IMG/VR virus record: IMGVR_UViG_3300044740_000023
Location: 21,806-85,805 of that record
DNA: 64,000 nt
Origin: a virus
Taxonomy: Duplodnaviria; Caudoviricetes
Strand: one strand, 5' to 3'
The notes beneath the pieces were generated by a model that worked only from the letters and a program-made list of their open reading frames with translations, searched no databases and had not been told where the DNA came from. This document shows, in pieces, positions 63,955-64,000 of this stretch; positions within the stretch are counted from its first letter, which is position 1; the number at the start of each line of letters is the position of its first letter. A program made the position numbers and the translations under genes.

Positions 63955-64000
63955 GGTCGTGTGCGCCCCGGCTTGGAGGACGACTCAGCCGGGGCGCACA

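Larger units (their letters stand above)
1..64000. mobile_element. Segment of a large tailed dsDNA phage genome (siphovirus-like)
   Basis: Terminase-portal-protease-capsid-tail-tape measure order, endolysin, phage replication/recombination genes, dense coupled small ORFs; no host housekeeping operons seen. Confidence 0.97.

Overview
The whole 64-kb window is a segment of a large, GC-rich (roughly two-thirds GC by eye) tailed dsDNA phage, siphovirus-like and probably infecting an Actinomycetota host (inference). It has two arms. The + strand arm (1-11 kb) carries early/accessory genes: a vWA protein, a remodelled RuvB, many small Zn-finger proteins, an HTH protein, a XerC-like tyrosine recombinase and a frameshifted ParB-like gene. 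The - strand arm (11-64 kb) carries a phage sigma factor, DnaB, a RecB-like nuclease, RusA, a putative annealase, HNH nucleases, a long virion operon (terminase, portal, protease/scaffold, capsid, neck, tail tube, frameshifting tail chaperones, a 1747-aa tape measure, tail-tip/fibre proteins), a GH24 endolysin and membrane proteins. Two DNA-level signals are not explained by the gene list. (1) The palindrome GACT-NN-AGTC occurs at least 21 times by manual scan; 12 copies have the spacer of GACTCAAGTC, and 10 of those 12 are co-oriented with transcription. Many sit at gene junctions, suggesting a genome-wide operator or 'stoperator'-like network. (2) An invariant 13-mer, GCGTATATTAGGC, occurs four times on the - strand upstream of the portal, head and tail-tube genes, a candidate late promoter for the phage sigma factor. 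Family assignments come from motif recognition by eye; no database searches were run.
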